From Macrostomum hystrix (lineage: Eukaryota > Animalia > Platyhelminthes), in the NCBI GenBank assembly GCA_950097015.1, contig CATNEN010000039.1:19654001-19718000 (forward strand): a stretch of DNA of 64,000 nt. The letters run 5' to 3'. The notes beneath the pieces were generated by a model. That model had not been told where the DNA came from. It did no database searches and saw nothing but the letters and a program-made list of their open reading frames with translations. This document shows, piece by piece, positions 13,075-25,300 of the stretch. How positions within the stretch are numbered: the first letter of the stretch is position 1; the number at the start of each line of letters is the position of its first letter. The position numbers and the translations under genes are program-made.

Positions 13075-13902
13075 GGCTTGTAAGAAAACGAGATGCTGCT
13101 TATACTTTTTGACTGGAAATGCACAATTTTGGCTAAGAAAAGAAACCACTTAAATAGCAATAAACTGCGGCTCCATTTTTTCTCGCGTGAGAAAGTTAGA
13201 GAGATTTTGAAAAGCTTTTTCTAACCAAGTGAGTGTATCGGACGATGGGATGTGGTACTTGTATTATCAGAAGTTTATTGTTTCATTTTATGCATATAAT
13301 ACCCATGCAGGTCCACTAACTGTATTCACTAAGGCTGACTAAGCCGTTTAAACTTTCTATATCGTTTTCTGGACGTATCAATTAAACTCGAATCTACCCA
13401 TTAACACTACTTAACAGTAGAATACTATAGGGGAGTGTTTCAATTACCCACATTTTTTAATTTTTGTATCATCCAGAACTTTAATATTTAGTTTTTTAGT
13501 TTTTTACTACTGTATATTGCAGTGATTGTATTGTTAATAATTATACTATAGAACCTATTGAACCTTTTACAGAAGCGTTTACCGAACCCAGTTGGATTGA
13601 AGCAATTGAATAAAAAATTAATTCACGGGAGCAGAATCCGCTTGGGTACTCACACCACAGGAGCAGACTAGCGGCTCCAAGGCTTTCTATTGGTCCAGCT
13701 CTATTGGTGCCAGTATTCCTGTGCACCTGAATCAATAAAAATCAACTGCGATCTAAAATACGCTGAGAGCAACGAATTAAAGTAGCTGACAACTGTGGTT
13801 TTAGCTTGAGTAAACACTTGCAGAGCCTTTAAGAAATCGAGCTGGAAGGCCGCAGCTAAGGACTAAGGTAAATATTTCTTTACGAAAGCATTAATTTATT
13901 AA

Positions 13903-15790
13903 ATGCTACTGTTACGCAAAGCCTGCCAGGACACCACAGCCCACGGTCTGCCTCGTCTGGTCACTGGCAAGCCGGTCTTCATCCGCGTCGTCTGGCTGCT
14001 GCTCTTCCTGTTCTTCCTGTGCCTCTTTCTTCGCGGCCTAGTCGGCTTCGTGGTCAAGCTGCAGAGTCGTCAGGTGACCTCATCCTTGCAGGCTGGCGAG
14101 GCGAGGTTCCAGTTCCCGGATGTGTATGCGTGCTTTGAGAACCCAGTGTCCGGCACCTACTCTGCGAACATGAACGACAGCACTATTGAGCAGCTCAATA
14201 CCAGATTGAATGAAACTTCTATATGGCTTGAATTATTAGCAAAGAATTCGATGATACAAAACATTTCAACTAAAACCGAGACGCAGATTTCAGCAGAGGT
14301 CGAGCAAATTAAGCGAAAGTATAGTCAGTTTTATATTTCGTCACTACCATATAGCCTGCTGGTCGATACAATTGCTCAACGCCCGGAGCAATCTGTTCTG
14401 TACAGCGGGGTCATGAAAATTAACGAGATGGGTGTCCTTGTCGATTCAGCCGTCGATTACAATTCATTCTACCACGCAACCCAACTGCGCTGCTATCGCT
14501 GGAGCGCCGACATCTCACCTGTACTGAGGACTCTCGAGAGCCGGAACAGCCTAATTGTCACATTGTTCATTGACGACTATGACGGCACGTCGATTCCAAA
14601 ACTGAATGGCAAGTCGGTGGTGTCGCCAGTGTACGCATACTATGAACCGCCGAATGGCAGCAGCGCCATGTGGCGCAGGGTTCCCGTGTCCGACTGGTCA
14701 CTGAAGGCGGCTAACAGACTAAAGCAGGATCGAAAAGCTGGGATTCGAGTCTTTTTAATGACTCCTGGAGAATATCCGTCCGATTTTGGCAGTTCCTTTC
14801 TACTCGCTCCGGGGAAGCATCATGTGGTAAGAAGATATGCGACAAAAAAACTGAAGCACGTGATTTTTCAAACGCTGCGAAAAAGTATAATTTATTTTGT
14901 CTCTAATGATGAAAATGTACCATCATCGTGCTGATTTTCAGGTCGAAGTCACAATGCAAGAGGAGCTGCGCAGTTCTGATCAGTTTGACTGCCTCAGCAA
15001 TCCCAATCAAGTCCAGTTTTTAAACACATACGACTGGACGCCCTACAAGCACGAATACAGCTATTCCTACTGCTACTTTGACGAGTACAACAAGAACTCT
15101 GTGCTAGTAAGCAGCTTTCTAGCTCCCGACATTCCGCTAAATTGGAATGCTCGAGAAGCACAAAGCTATTTTAACCTCACTGGGCGGCCCCGAATCACAC
15201 TGACTGGAAGTTCATCATCCAACCAAGTTAATTTCGATGACCTGGCTTCCGCGGCCTGCAAAAGCCGAGAGCGCTGCTCCAGACTCATCTATGGTACCCG
15301 GATCTCCAGTGCGACCTGGCCGACGACCAGCTCTCTCGAAGGATTCCTGAGCGCAACAGTGACGAAGGCGAGAAACGAAGCTGCTGGACGAGGACTCTCC
15401 GTGCCAGGACTTGACTACCTGGTGAACGCCAGCTTGGGAAACTCCAGTGTCCCAGCTGCCGCGGTCGCATTCGCCAGAGCAAACCTGCTCAAGCTGGAGA
15501 TCCGACCGTCGCGCATGGACTGCGACAGATTGAAGTTCTCCATCGACTACGGCTTTGAGAACTTTGTTGCCGACATCGGAGGCATCATGGGCATCTACCT
15601 TGGCATGTCACTGCTCACCATCTGCGAGCTGTTCGACCTCATCGCTGAGCTGCTCTACCTGAAGCAGTGCGCATCCAGAGAGCGGAAATCTCGAAAAGTT
15701 ACGAATTCCACTAGTCAGGAGAATCCTAGTGATGAGCCGCCGCCTATGCGAACCGATTGTTATGAGACAACACAATCAGCCGCTAATTAG
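13903..15790 (+). CDS. DEG/ENaC (amiloride-sensitive channel family) subunit, copy 1 (exons 13903-14826, 14942-15790; about 590 aa)
   Basis: TTAHG gating motif, TM1, FPDVYAC, SSATWP, and ADIGGIMGIYLGMSLLTICELFDL (TM2 with GxS filter). One phase-0 GT-AG intron joins the two ORFs. Confidence 0.93.
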
Positions 15791-16585
15791 TTAACCAACT
15801 GACGGACAGTATTGGTCAATGAATGCTTCTGAAACTCATATTGTCATAAATGAATCATTTTTTATGACTAAGGCACACTTGCTCTTGTAGATGGGATAAA
15901 ATATTCTACGAGCGTAGGATGTGCCCTTTATACGAGTAGAACTATGACAGTAGTAGATTGTTCACTTTTTAACACAATTTTGAACTCCTCAGCAGTCTAA
16001 TATCATTTGGTCGATCGTATCAATTTTTCCCCATGAATATTTTATTTCTTTTTATTTGACGACTTTTTTATTGCGCGTCATTTAGTGACATTTGTAGACA
16101 GTAATATAACGACTTCGTTGGTCGTACGAAAAATGGTATAATTGTTTCATCAGTTTAAAACAAATGTAATTGGCATGTTTGTATTGCATTAATTATTTAA
16201 ATTGCAATGCAACGGATCATTGTTGATAGAAACTACCTTCTCCAAAAGTCCTGAAGTTTGAGCAAATTGGTTCAAACTCATTGGCTAAGTAAACGAGACT
16301 CATGTCACTCGGTAGGTCGGGTCCCTGCCAATGAGAGGTCTCTGTACAAACAATGTCCTATTTGTCCTGCCTGGACTAACAAAGCACTGGCGACTGAGGG
16401 TTAAGAAGAAATAGAAATCGATTAAATAAATTTCCCAAGCTGCCAGAGTATCGTAGAATCAAGCTTCGCCAGGATCTACTACATTTATTCTATTCCGACA
16501 GGCAAAAATACCCGTTCAAAAAGGTCGCCCTTCTCTAAACTTTACTCGATAGCTTTAAGCAGTTTGTGAAACTGCAATCGCATTA

Positions 16586-18373
16586 ATGCTGCAGTTAAAG
16601 CTTCGAGCAGCCTGCCAGGACACCACAGCCCACAGTCTGCCTCGTCTGGTCACTGGCAAGCCGGTCTTCATCCGCGTCGTCTGGCTGCTGCTCTTCCTGT
16701 TCTTCCTGTGCCTCTTTCTTCGCGGCCTAGTCGGCTTCGTGGTCAAGCTGCAGAGTCGTCAGGTGACCTCATCCTTGCAGGCTGGCGAGGTGAGGTTCCA
16801 GTTCCCGGATGTGTACGCGTGCTTTGAGAACGCAGTGTCCGGCACCTACTCTGTGAACATGAACGACAGCACTATTGAGCAGCTCAATACAAAAATAAAC
16901 GATACTTCATCAATAATGGAATATTATGCGCTAAAATCGAACCCAGCGAGTGAATTGTCGAGCATCAACAACTTCAGAGAACTATACAGCTATTTCTATC
17001 CACCTTCACTCCCCTTTCGGTTGCTCGCTGACTCTCTAGCTCGAAGGCCAGAACAAACGGTCCTGTCCAGCGTCACTTACGAGTATCAAACCAGCGGGAA
17101 CAGTACTCAACAAGAGGCTAGAGTCCCTTACGATAGCTTCTATCACCCAACGTTTCTCCGTTGCTTCCGATGGAGCCAGGCCACGTCTTCGACTCTGAAG
17201 ACCTTACAGAGAAGAAGCCTCACAATTTCTTTGTTCACCGATGCCTATGACGGCCGGTCCATACCTAGCCTCAATGGCAAGTCTATCGAATCGCCAGTTT
17301 ATCTAAAAGAGGACTCTTTCAACTACAAAGTTCCAGTTGGAGATTGGACTCTTTTGCCGAATGATCTAGCCAAGCCCGATCGAAATTCGGGAGTTCGAAT
17401 CTTTCTTATGCCCCCAGGGGAATATCCCTCGGAGTTCGGGACTTCGTTTCTGCTTTCACCTGGTCAGCATTTTCTGGTAGGTCTCGAGTCACATGCATAT
17501 TACCGCACACTCTTAAGAATTCATCTCATTGCTAGACCGAATGCTGTCATTGTCTTCGCCCTTTTGAAACAATTTTAGATTGAGCTTTCAATGCGAGAAG
17601 AGCTGCATAACCCGGATCAGTTTAACTGCGTCAACGATGTTCAACAAGTTCAATTTGTCAATCCGTACGACTCAACGCCGTATAACCACGAGTACAGCTA
17701 CTCGTACTGCTACTTCACAGAGCTCAACAGAGCAGCAGTGTCGTGGATCAACAATACAATTGCGGGCACTCCTATCCCATGGTCTCTGAAAGATACCAAC
17801 AACTGCGTCAACATGAGCAGTACACCGAACTTCTTAGAAACGTTAGTAAAGGTCCTCACGGACCCATCATTTGGAGCTTCGCTTTCAAAGATGGAACTAG
17901 ATAGCGTTGCAACATCAGCCTGCAAGAGCCGAGAGCGCTGCTCCAGACTCGTTTACGATGCTAGGATCTCCAGTGCGAGCTGGCCGACGACCGCCTCACT
18001 AGAAGGATTTCTCGGTACGACGGTGGCCACTGCGAGAGACAAAGCGGTCAGCAAGGGACTCTCCGTGCCAGGACTTGACTACCTGGTGAACGCCAGCTCG
18101 GGAAACTCCAGTGTCCCAGCTGCCGCGGTCGCATTCGCCAGAGCGAACCTGCTCAAGCTTGAGATCCGACCGTCGCGCATGGACTGCGACAGACTGAAGT
18201 TCTCCATCGACTACGGCTTCGAGAACTTTGTTGCCGACATCGGAGGCATCATGGGCATCTACCTTGGCATGTCACTGCTCACCATCTGCGAGCTGTTCGA
18301 CCTCATCGCTGAGCTGCTCTACCTGAGAGAGTGCTCAGGAAGATCTAAAAACTCGGTCAATGTGTCGAGGTAG
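16586..18373 (+). CDS. DEG/ENaC subunit, copy 2 (exons 16586-17476, 17579-18373; about 561 aa), HG motif changed to HS
   Basis: Same motifs and intron position as copy 1. TTAHSLPR instead of TTAHGLPR. Confidence 0.92.
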
Positions 18374-19227
18374 TCTTAAGTAGGTTTTTTGGTCCTCTGT
18401 CCGGAGGAGTCCTGAAAAACGTTTTGTAGATTTTGGCCATAGTTTTCCTTGATTTACCTTTTCGAAGCACAATTTACGTTGGATTTGACTATACAATTTT
18501 GAGCACAATGCGTATGTTTACTCCTGTTTTTGTTAAAATCTAAGAAAACTCCATAAATGTATATTGCTTGTCATGCTTTCAACCTAATCAAGACAGACTC
18601 TAAATTATCCTAATTAGAGTTAGTCACAGAATAAGATTATAGTTGAAGAGGTGTAGCCAGCTAACTTTGTTTGCGACAGACGAGCCTAACGTAGCGGTTT
18701 CCAAATAAAGCAGTTATGCTTAATAACCAAATTGGGCTGCATTGTCATAAAGCATTGCCACAGCCCTAACAATGGTGCTCTCTCAATAATTAGCGAAAAT
18801 GATAGATTTTGCTGCAAGATTGTTAGGCAAGCCTGGGCTAGCCTGCTTGTGGACATAAACTGGTATTGCCCTGCATGGGACCCTTAATTGCAAATACCTG
18901 CAGTAAAACAAATAAAGCTAGCTTGAGTATATTTACTCACCGGTTCTAAAATCAAAGGTAATAAGCCAATGAATGGTTAGAAGCTGAAGCATTTTAGTCC
19001 CCTCTGCATTGTGGGGTAGAAGAACAATGAGCTATATATATTTATTCAATGTGAGGCTCTAACTTAATTTGGTGCTAGTGTAAAATAACAAAGCATTCTT
19101 GGAGAGACTTATAGCATCGTCGCAATAAAAAAATTAACAACAAAAGGAAAATATTTTTCAGAAAGAAATCGCTCAGACTTTGAATAAAAAGGATTCAAGG
19201 GACTTCTCAATCACGGATTCAGACCTC

Positions 19228-21062
19228 ATGCTGCAGTTAAAGCTTCGAGCAGCCTGCCAGGACACCACAGCCCACGGCCTGCCTCGTCTGGTCACTGGCA
19301 AGCCGATCTTCATCCGCGTCGTCTGGCTGCTGCTCTTCCTGTTCTTCCTGTGCCTCTTTCTTCGCGGCCTAGTCGGCTTCGTGGTCAAGCTGCAGAGTCG
19401 TCAGGTGACCTCATCCTTGGAGGCTGGCAAGGCGAGGTTCCAGTTCCCGGATGTGTATGCGTGCTTTGAGAACCCAGTGTCCGGCACCTACTCTGTGAAC
19501 ATGAACGACAGCACTATTGAGCAGCTCAATGCCAGCATTTCACAGACATTCGATGCTATCAAAAGGTACATTAGAGTTGCAGCAGGTAATAATTCAGCAA
19601 GCACTGATGATATCATGAGGCAGTCGAGTGACTTCGCGAAGCAATCAGGGTACTACTTTCCGCAGTCGATGCCGTACACTCTGCTGGCAGATGCGCTAGC
19701 TCATAGAGCTGAGCAGTCAGTCCTTCTCAGCACAGCTTTTAAGGCTAACGAAATGGGTTACTTTTTAGACATGCCAGTGAACTTTAGCCAATTTTACCAT
19801 CAAACCTATCTTCGATGCTTTGTTTGGACCACCGAAAACTCTCCAGAATTAAAGACGATCTCCAGTCGAAACAGCCTGGACATTACAATGTTCCTTGACG
19901 TGCTCGATGACGCGTCAAGCTTAATTATCACTGGCAAGTCGATTGAGTCTCCTGTGTTTGTCAGTTACAAGCCTCTAAACTCATATGAAACCGTATTCAA
20001 ACGGCTCCCAGTCTCAGAGTGGTCATTGACACCCAGTGACAATTCTCGATCTGACCGTCGGTTGGGAGTTCGAGTTTTTTTAATGCCGCCTGGAGAATAT
20101 CCGTCCAATTTTGGCAGCTCGTTTCTTCTCGGCCCTGGTCGGCATCATCAGGTGTGATATTTTTACAACTTTTTGCTTTCATATGCGTCTTTTTTTCTGA
20201 CGACGTAATTTCGACTCCACGCTTTCCGTAGATCGAGGTTACCATGCAGGAGGAAGTGAGGGATCCTGAGCAGCTAGACTGTGTCAGCACTGTCGAACGA
20301 GTCCAGTTCCTCAATCCTTACGCTCAGACACCATACAGCCAAGCGTACAGCTACAGCTACTGCTACTTTGACGAGTACAACAAAGCGTCCATAGCCTACT
20401 CAAACTATTTAACCCCAGGAGTTCCATCGACATGGGACCAGAGATACTATTTGTCGGCTCTTAACTTGACTGGACCAAATACCTTCTTGGACCTATTGGC
20501 TCAGTACTTTTTACGACCACCACCAACAATAGCTCAAGTAAACCTGGACCAGCAAGCTACATCAGCCTGCCAGAGCCGAGAGCGCTGCTCCAGACTCATT
20601 TACGATGCTCGGATCTCCAGTGCGAGCTGGCCGACGCCTGCCTCTCTGGGGGCGTTCCTCGGTACGACGGTGGCCACCGCGAGAGACAAAGCGGTCAGCA
20701 AGGGACTCTCCGTGCCAGGACTTGACTACCTGGTGAACGCCAGCTCGGGAAACTCCAGTGTCCCAGCTGCCGCGGTCGCATTCGCCAGAGCGAACCTGCT
20801 CAAGCTTGAGATCCGACCGTCGCGCATGGACTGCGACAGACTGAAGTTCTCCATCGACTATGGCTTCGAGAACTTTGTTGCCGACATCGGAGGCATCATG
20901 GGCATCTACCTTGGCATGTCACTGCTCACCATCTGCGAGCTGTTCGACCTCATCGCTGAGCTGCTCTACCTGAGAGAGTGTTCAGGAAAATCTAAAAAAT
21001 CTGCTAAAGTTTCCGACGATGTTCAGGGTATGTCCCGTATTAATGTGGTTTCGATTCAGTGA
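19228..21062 (+). CDS. DEG/ENaC subunit, copy 3 (exons 19228-20151, 20232-21062; about 584 aa)
   Basis: Same motifs and intron position as copies 1 and 2. ATG at 19228 aligns with the copy 2 start. Confidence 0.93.
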
Positions 21063-22336
21063 TTAGTATTAGTAGTGACAAATTTATTACGATAGCGGTT
21101 CGGCTCTTGTCAACAACCAGTTGGTATGCTATATACTATGATATAATACAAGTGTATATCCTCTGACTACTGAGTACACACTCACACTCATTGTCAGAAA
21201 GTGTACAATCTCAATGTGCCTTTGAGGCTGGCAAGTGAGATGAGACAGGGGAGAGTTGAGACCGAGGAGAGATGAGACAGGGGAAATAAGACAGGATACT
21301 GTCGGTTTTGGAAGGGGCAATGGGCCGGATTTGGGAGCTTCGTGGGCCGCATCTGGTACTAATACTACTCTTCGTGGTTCTGAACCGAAGCAGTAAAGTA
21401 ATATTAAGCTCCAGAATCTAGCCCAGTCTCTCTAAGCTTCCCTCCTCATTGTGGTTTGAAGCCCTCCAAAGATGGAAAAATAACACTTTTTTTCTTGACA
21501 CATCAAGGTCTGGAGCAGTCTACCCAGCTGTTTGACAGCTGTATACTCTGTCTCCGGGGCGCTGCATGCATTCTGTAGTAATCAGTCCGATGCTAGTTTG
21601 CCTGCAGTTTGGGCCCGTTCTATCTTGTCGCTTCTCATTATTTTCAGAAGAAGATTTAAGGAAGTAATCAGGATTTGAGAAACCACGAGTCTGTATTTAT
21701 ATTTACCAAATACAGACTATTCACAGAATGCTTATGACACTTCAGAGCCGATTGAGTTGAGCAAATTCTGCATTGATTTGTCTTACGAGCGTGTCTGCAC
21801 ATAGAAATTTATATCCACTGATTGTTGTTTGGTCTTTGTGCAAATTTTAACTCGCTTTTGTAGACTTTCGTGGCGTGTTTACAGTCAGACAGACTGTCAC
21901 TGCATACTTGTTTTTAGCCGCCTACTTTCTGTCGCTTTTAAATCTGTACTACAAAATGCAGTCTCTATGAGTATCTTATTGATTTTCCTGCAGTATAGAA
22001 AAACAGACTGAGAAACAGACTTTTTTAAAATATACCTCTTACTTTTAAACGATTTTACTAGTGTTATGTTAAATTTGGAAACATATATATTTATTCATTA
22101 GTAATGGCTAGCTGTTTATTGTTTAGCTGATACAGAGTCATATCAGTAACTTGATCGTAAAATAAACTTTTTCTTGGAAAAATGTCAAGCTATTTTTTTT
22201 AGTTCTGGGAAATTGAAAAGTTAAATATTATGTTGCGGAAACAAGCGAATTTAATAACTATCTGATCGATAATGCACCAGCTAGACGAAAATAGTTAGTA
22301 GGTAGTCCGTCTTCTCAGGTCCGTTAGCAAACCTGT

Positions 22337-25300
22337 TCAGGTGGATGCAGACTGCATCGGATTAGCTGGTACAGTCCAGCCCACCGGCACCGAATTCCTG
22401 CTGTTGTAATCCTTCAGCCAGTTGTGCAGCGGCTGGAAGTACTCTAGCAGAGCGTCGGCTGAGATGTCGCGCCGGCCAGTGAGTTGCTGAAGCGCGTCGG
22501 GCCACGGCTTCGACCGGCCCAGCTCCAGCATGCGTCTAAACAAAAGAGCGAAGTTGTTTTCTCGCTTTGGGTAAGAAAAATATTTTAAGCATCTTTTGAA
22601 AACGAAAGTTTGCTTCTTTCTAATGCGCAGTTCTACTTATTCCTCTGACCACATTTGGATGCTGAAATTTAGATGCATCGCAGCCACGAGGCATGAGACA
22701 ATTTGTTATTGAATCTGAACTTACCTTACCGATATGTTTCAATGGAATACGAGTATATTGAGCTGCACTCACCTCAACTTGTCTCCAGCGGCGGTTGACT
22801 TATAAAAATCGCAGGTAGCAAGCGGACCTTTGTGTCCAGCCTCATCGCACATGGCCTTGTAGAATTGGAACTTTAGCAGGAAGCTAATGAAATACCTGAA
22901 AAAGCATGTATTTTTATGCATATTTTCAAGGCATTCTTTTCAGTGATTCGTTAAGTTGCAGAATAAAAAAATCAAAACGGCCAACCTAGCAATAATAATA
23001 AAAATTGCAGGAGGGCTGCTGGCAAGGCAATTCTGCCCATTTCGCTGACTCCTGAGCACACATGCGCACAGGTACTGTACGCAGGCACACGCTCACACAG
23101 GTGTGTGTACATCTGCCCTGACTTTCTCATCGTCAGGCAGTGTACGCATTTCACTGTGCCTTGGAGGTTGGCACGACAAGGGCGTAAATTGCGCGACAAG
23201 CCCCCAAGCCTTCTCTCAGCGGCTGCGCCCCAAATGAATGTGGCCTCGCCGCGGAATCGAGCTCAGGGACCTTGGTGCGATAGGCAAACGCGTTAACCGC
23301 TCTGCCACTGACCCCAAGTGCCTACCTAATGTATCCGATGTTCATTGCGGCGTGATACTTTGACAACGCATCGGTGTCCGCCTCAGATCTGGCCACAGAT
23401 GGTCCGATACCAGAGTAGAGACCCCTCAGCCGCCACCAGTCCTCGTTAAGTTGCTCCAAAGGCACCTGGCCGCTAAAATAGCGCCACTTCCACAGGTCGA
23501 CAGCCATTGCGAATGGCAGGAACATGACATTTTCTAGAGCCTGAGTCAGTTGGGCATTTACCTGGGACTCTGCAATGAATTTATGCGCACATGCATATTA
23601 CAAGCTGTAAATACGTCCATAACTAATTCAGTGACTATTTACCAATGGTGTCATTTAGGGCAGCGGAGAATTTGATTGCCTGGAAGTGCTTTGCTGTTTT
23701 CATGGACAGAGTGATTGTATCACCGATGGCCTCGTGGAAACCGCTGTTGGCGCTGCCCTGGAACAGTGAGGGCAGATGCGAGTACAGCATGAAGTACATT
23801 ATGTGGCCCATTTCGTGATGAACGGTGCTGAAGCTACTCATGTCCATGCGGGTGCACATCTTGATGCGGAAGTCATCTCTAGACAAGCTGTGCATGTCGA
23901 AAGCGGTGCCGTGACAGTTCATTTTGTGATCCTTGGCCTTCAGGAAGACGCTTTTGCGCCAAAATGTACGAGTCATGCGGGGCAGTCCCAGGCTCCGGTA
24001 GAACTCGTCAGCAATGTGCGGCAGTTGTGTCACCGTCAGGAGACCGCGTCTCTCTCTGTCCTTGAGAATGCCGTCAAAGTCGATCGAAGCGGCGCTAGGA
24101 AACGGAACGAACTCGCGATCCCACTTGGTGTACTGCGATCCCCACGGGTCGTTGCCAAGGTGACCAGGCAGAAGCCCGTCCGGTGCGAATCTGCCTGGAT
24201 ACTTCTGGTGCAGTCGGTGCCTCAGGTAGGCGTGCAGCTGCTCGTAGAGCGGCTTAAACTGGTTGTAGAGCGCGACAACCGTGTCCGGAAAGTTCGGATC
24301 TTCAAAGTCCGTGAAGTAGTCAAAGTAGGCGTAGTCACTGAAACCTAAAATTGTGAAAAAGCGAAGTAATATAAGTGGTGTATATTTTCATCTCACTTCG
24401 TCTGCTCGAATGCCTCGTGTTTGTAGCTCTGTCAGAATCAACTGATCAGCTCACCTGCTGGCCGAGCAGACTCGTTCAGCAGCTTGGCCCTCTCGGCGAA
24501 CGTGCTGCGGAACTTGGCTCCAGTGGCGTCGCGCCACGACTTCCACAGATGTCGCAGCTGGTCGTAGTCGTTTTGAGTGCGGAAAAAATTCTTCGCATTG
24601 TCTTCGCCGCTCTCTAGACACTTGCCCGGTGCATAGCAACCCTTGGCCGTATTGTAGCCCTGGGTCAGCTGGGAATCCAGCTGGGCTAGTCGCCTTGAAA
24701 GCGAAGTTTTGGATTCCGACAATTTAATGCTCGAGAAATTAGCGTTATGATTATGGGCTTTGGACTTGCAAGAACTCCTAATTGGGAGGTGCAGTTAACC
24801 GGCTTAAGTTACATTCCCCGTGGCCTCAATTCACCGAGCTATACTATAAATCAGGTACCAGCATTATAGCTACAATATAGAATATTTGATTGTACTTTTG
24901 CGCCGCCAGTCCACGGACTGAACAGCTGTTCAAGCCTTTTAATGCGTCTCCCAATAGCTACTCCGGCTGTCACTGCAGCTGTAGATCTGGCTCAATGCGA
25001 ACCATTTCTATTTATCCTACGGATCAGATATGGGGAGGTGCGACAGTAGTGCCTCACAAAAGTACAATTGTGGCTTTCAAATTTTTTAATGGGACAATTC
25101 AACGGCCGCCAGATGCGCGTGAATTTTGTACTAACGCGGAGTCTTTCTTCCGGCCCACGACCAGATTCCACTGCAGAGATCGCAGCATTCTGGCGTCTTG
25201 GGCCGACAGGCGAGTCAGCGGTCTGTCCTTGAACTTCAAGGCAAACAGGGTTAGCTTGCTGTTGAATCTGGTGTACTTGGTGTCCAGCTTTGTCATCTGG

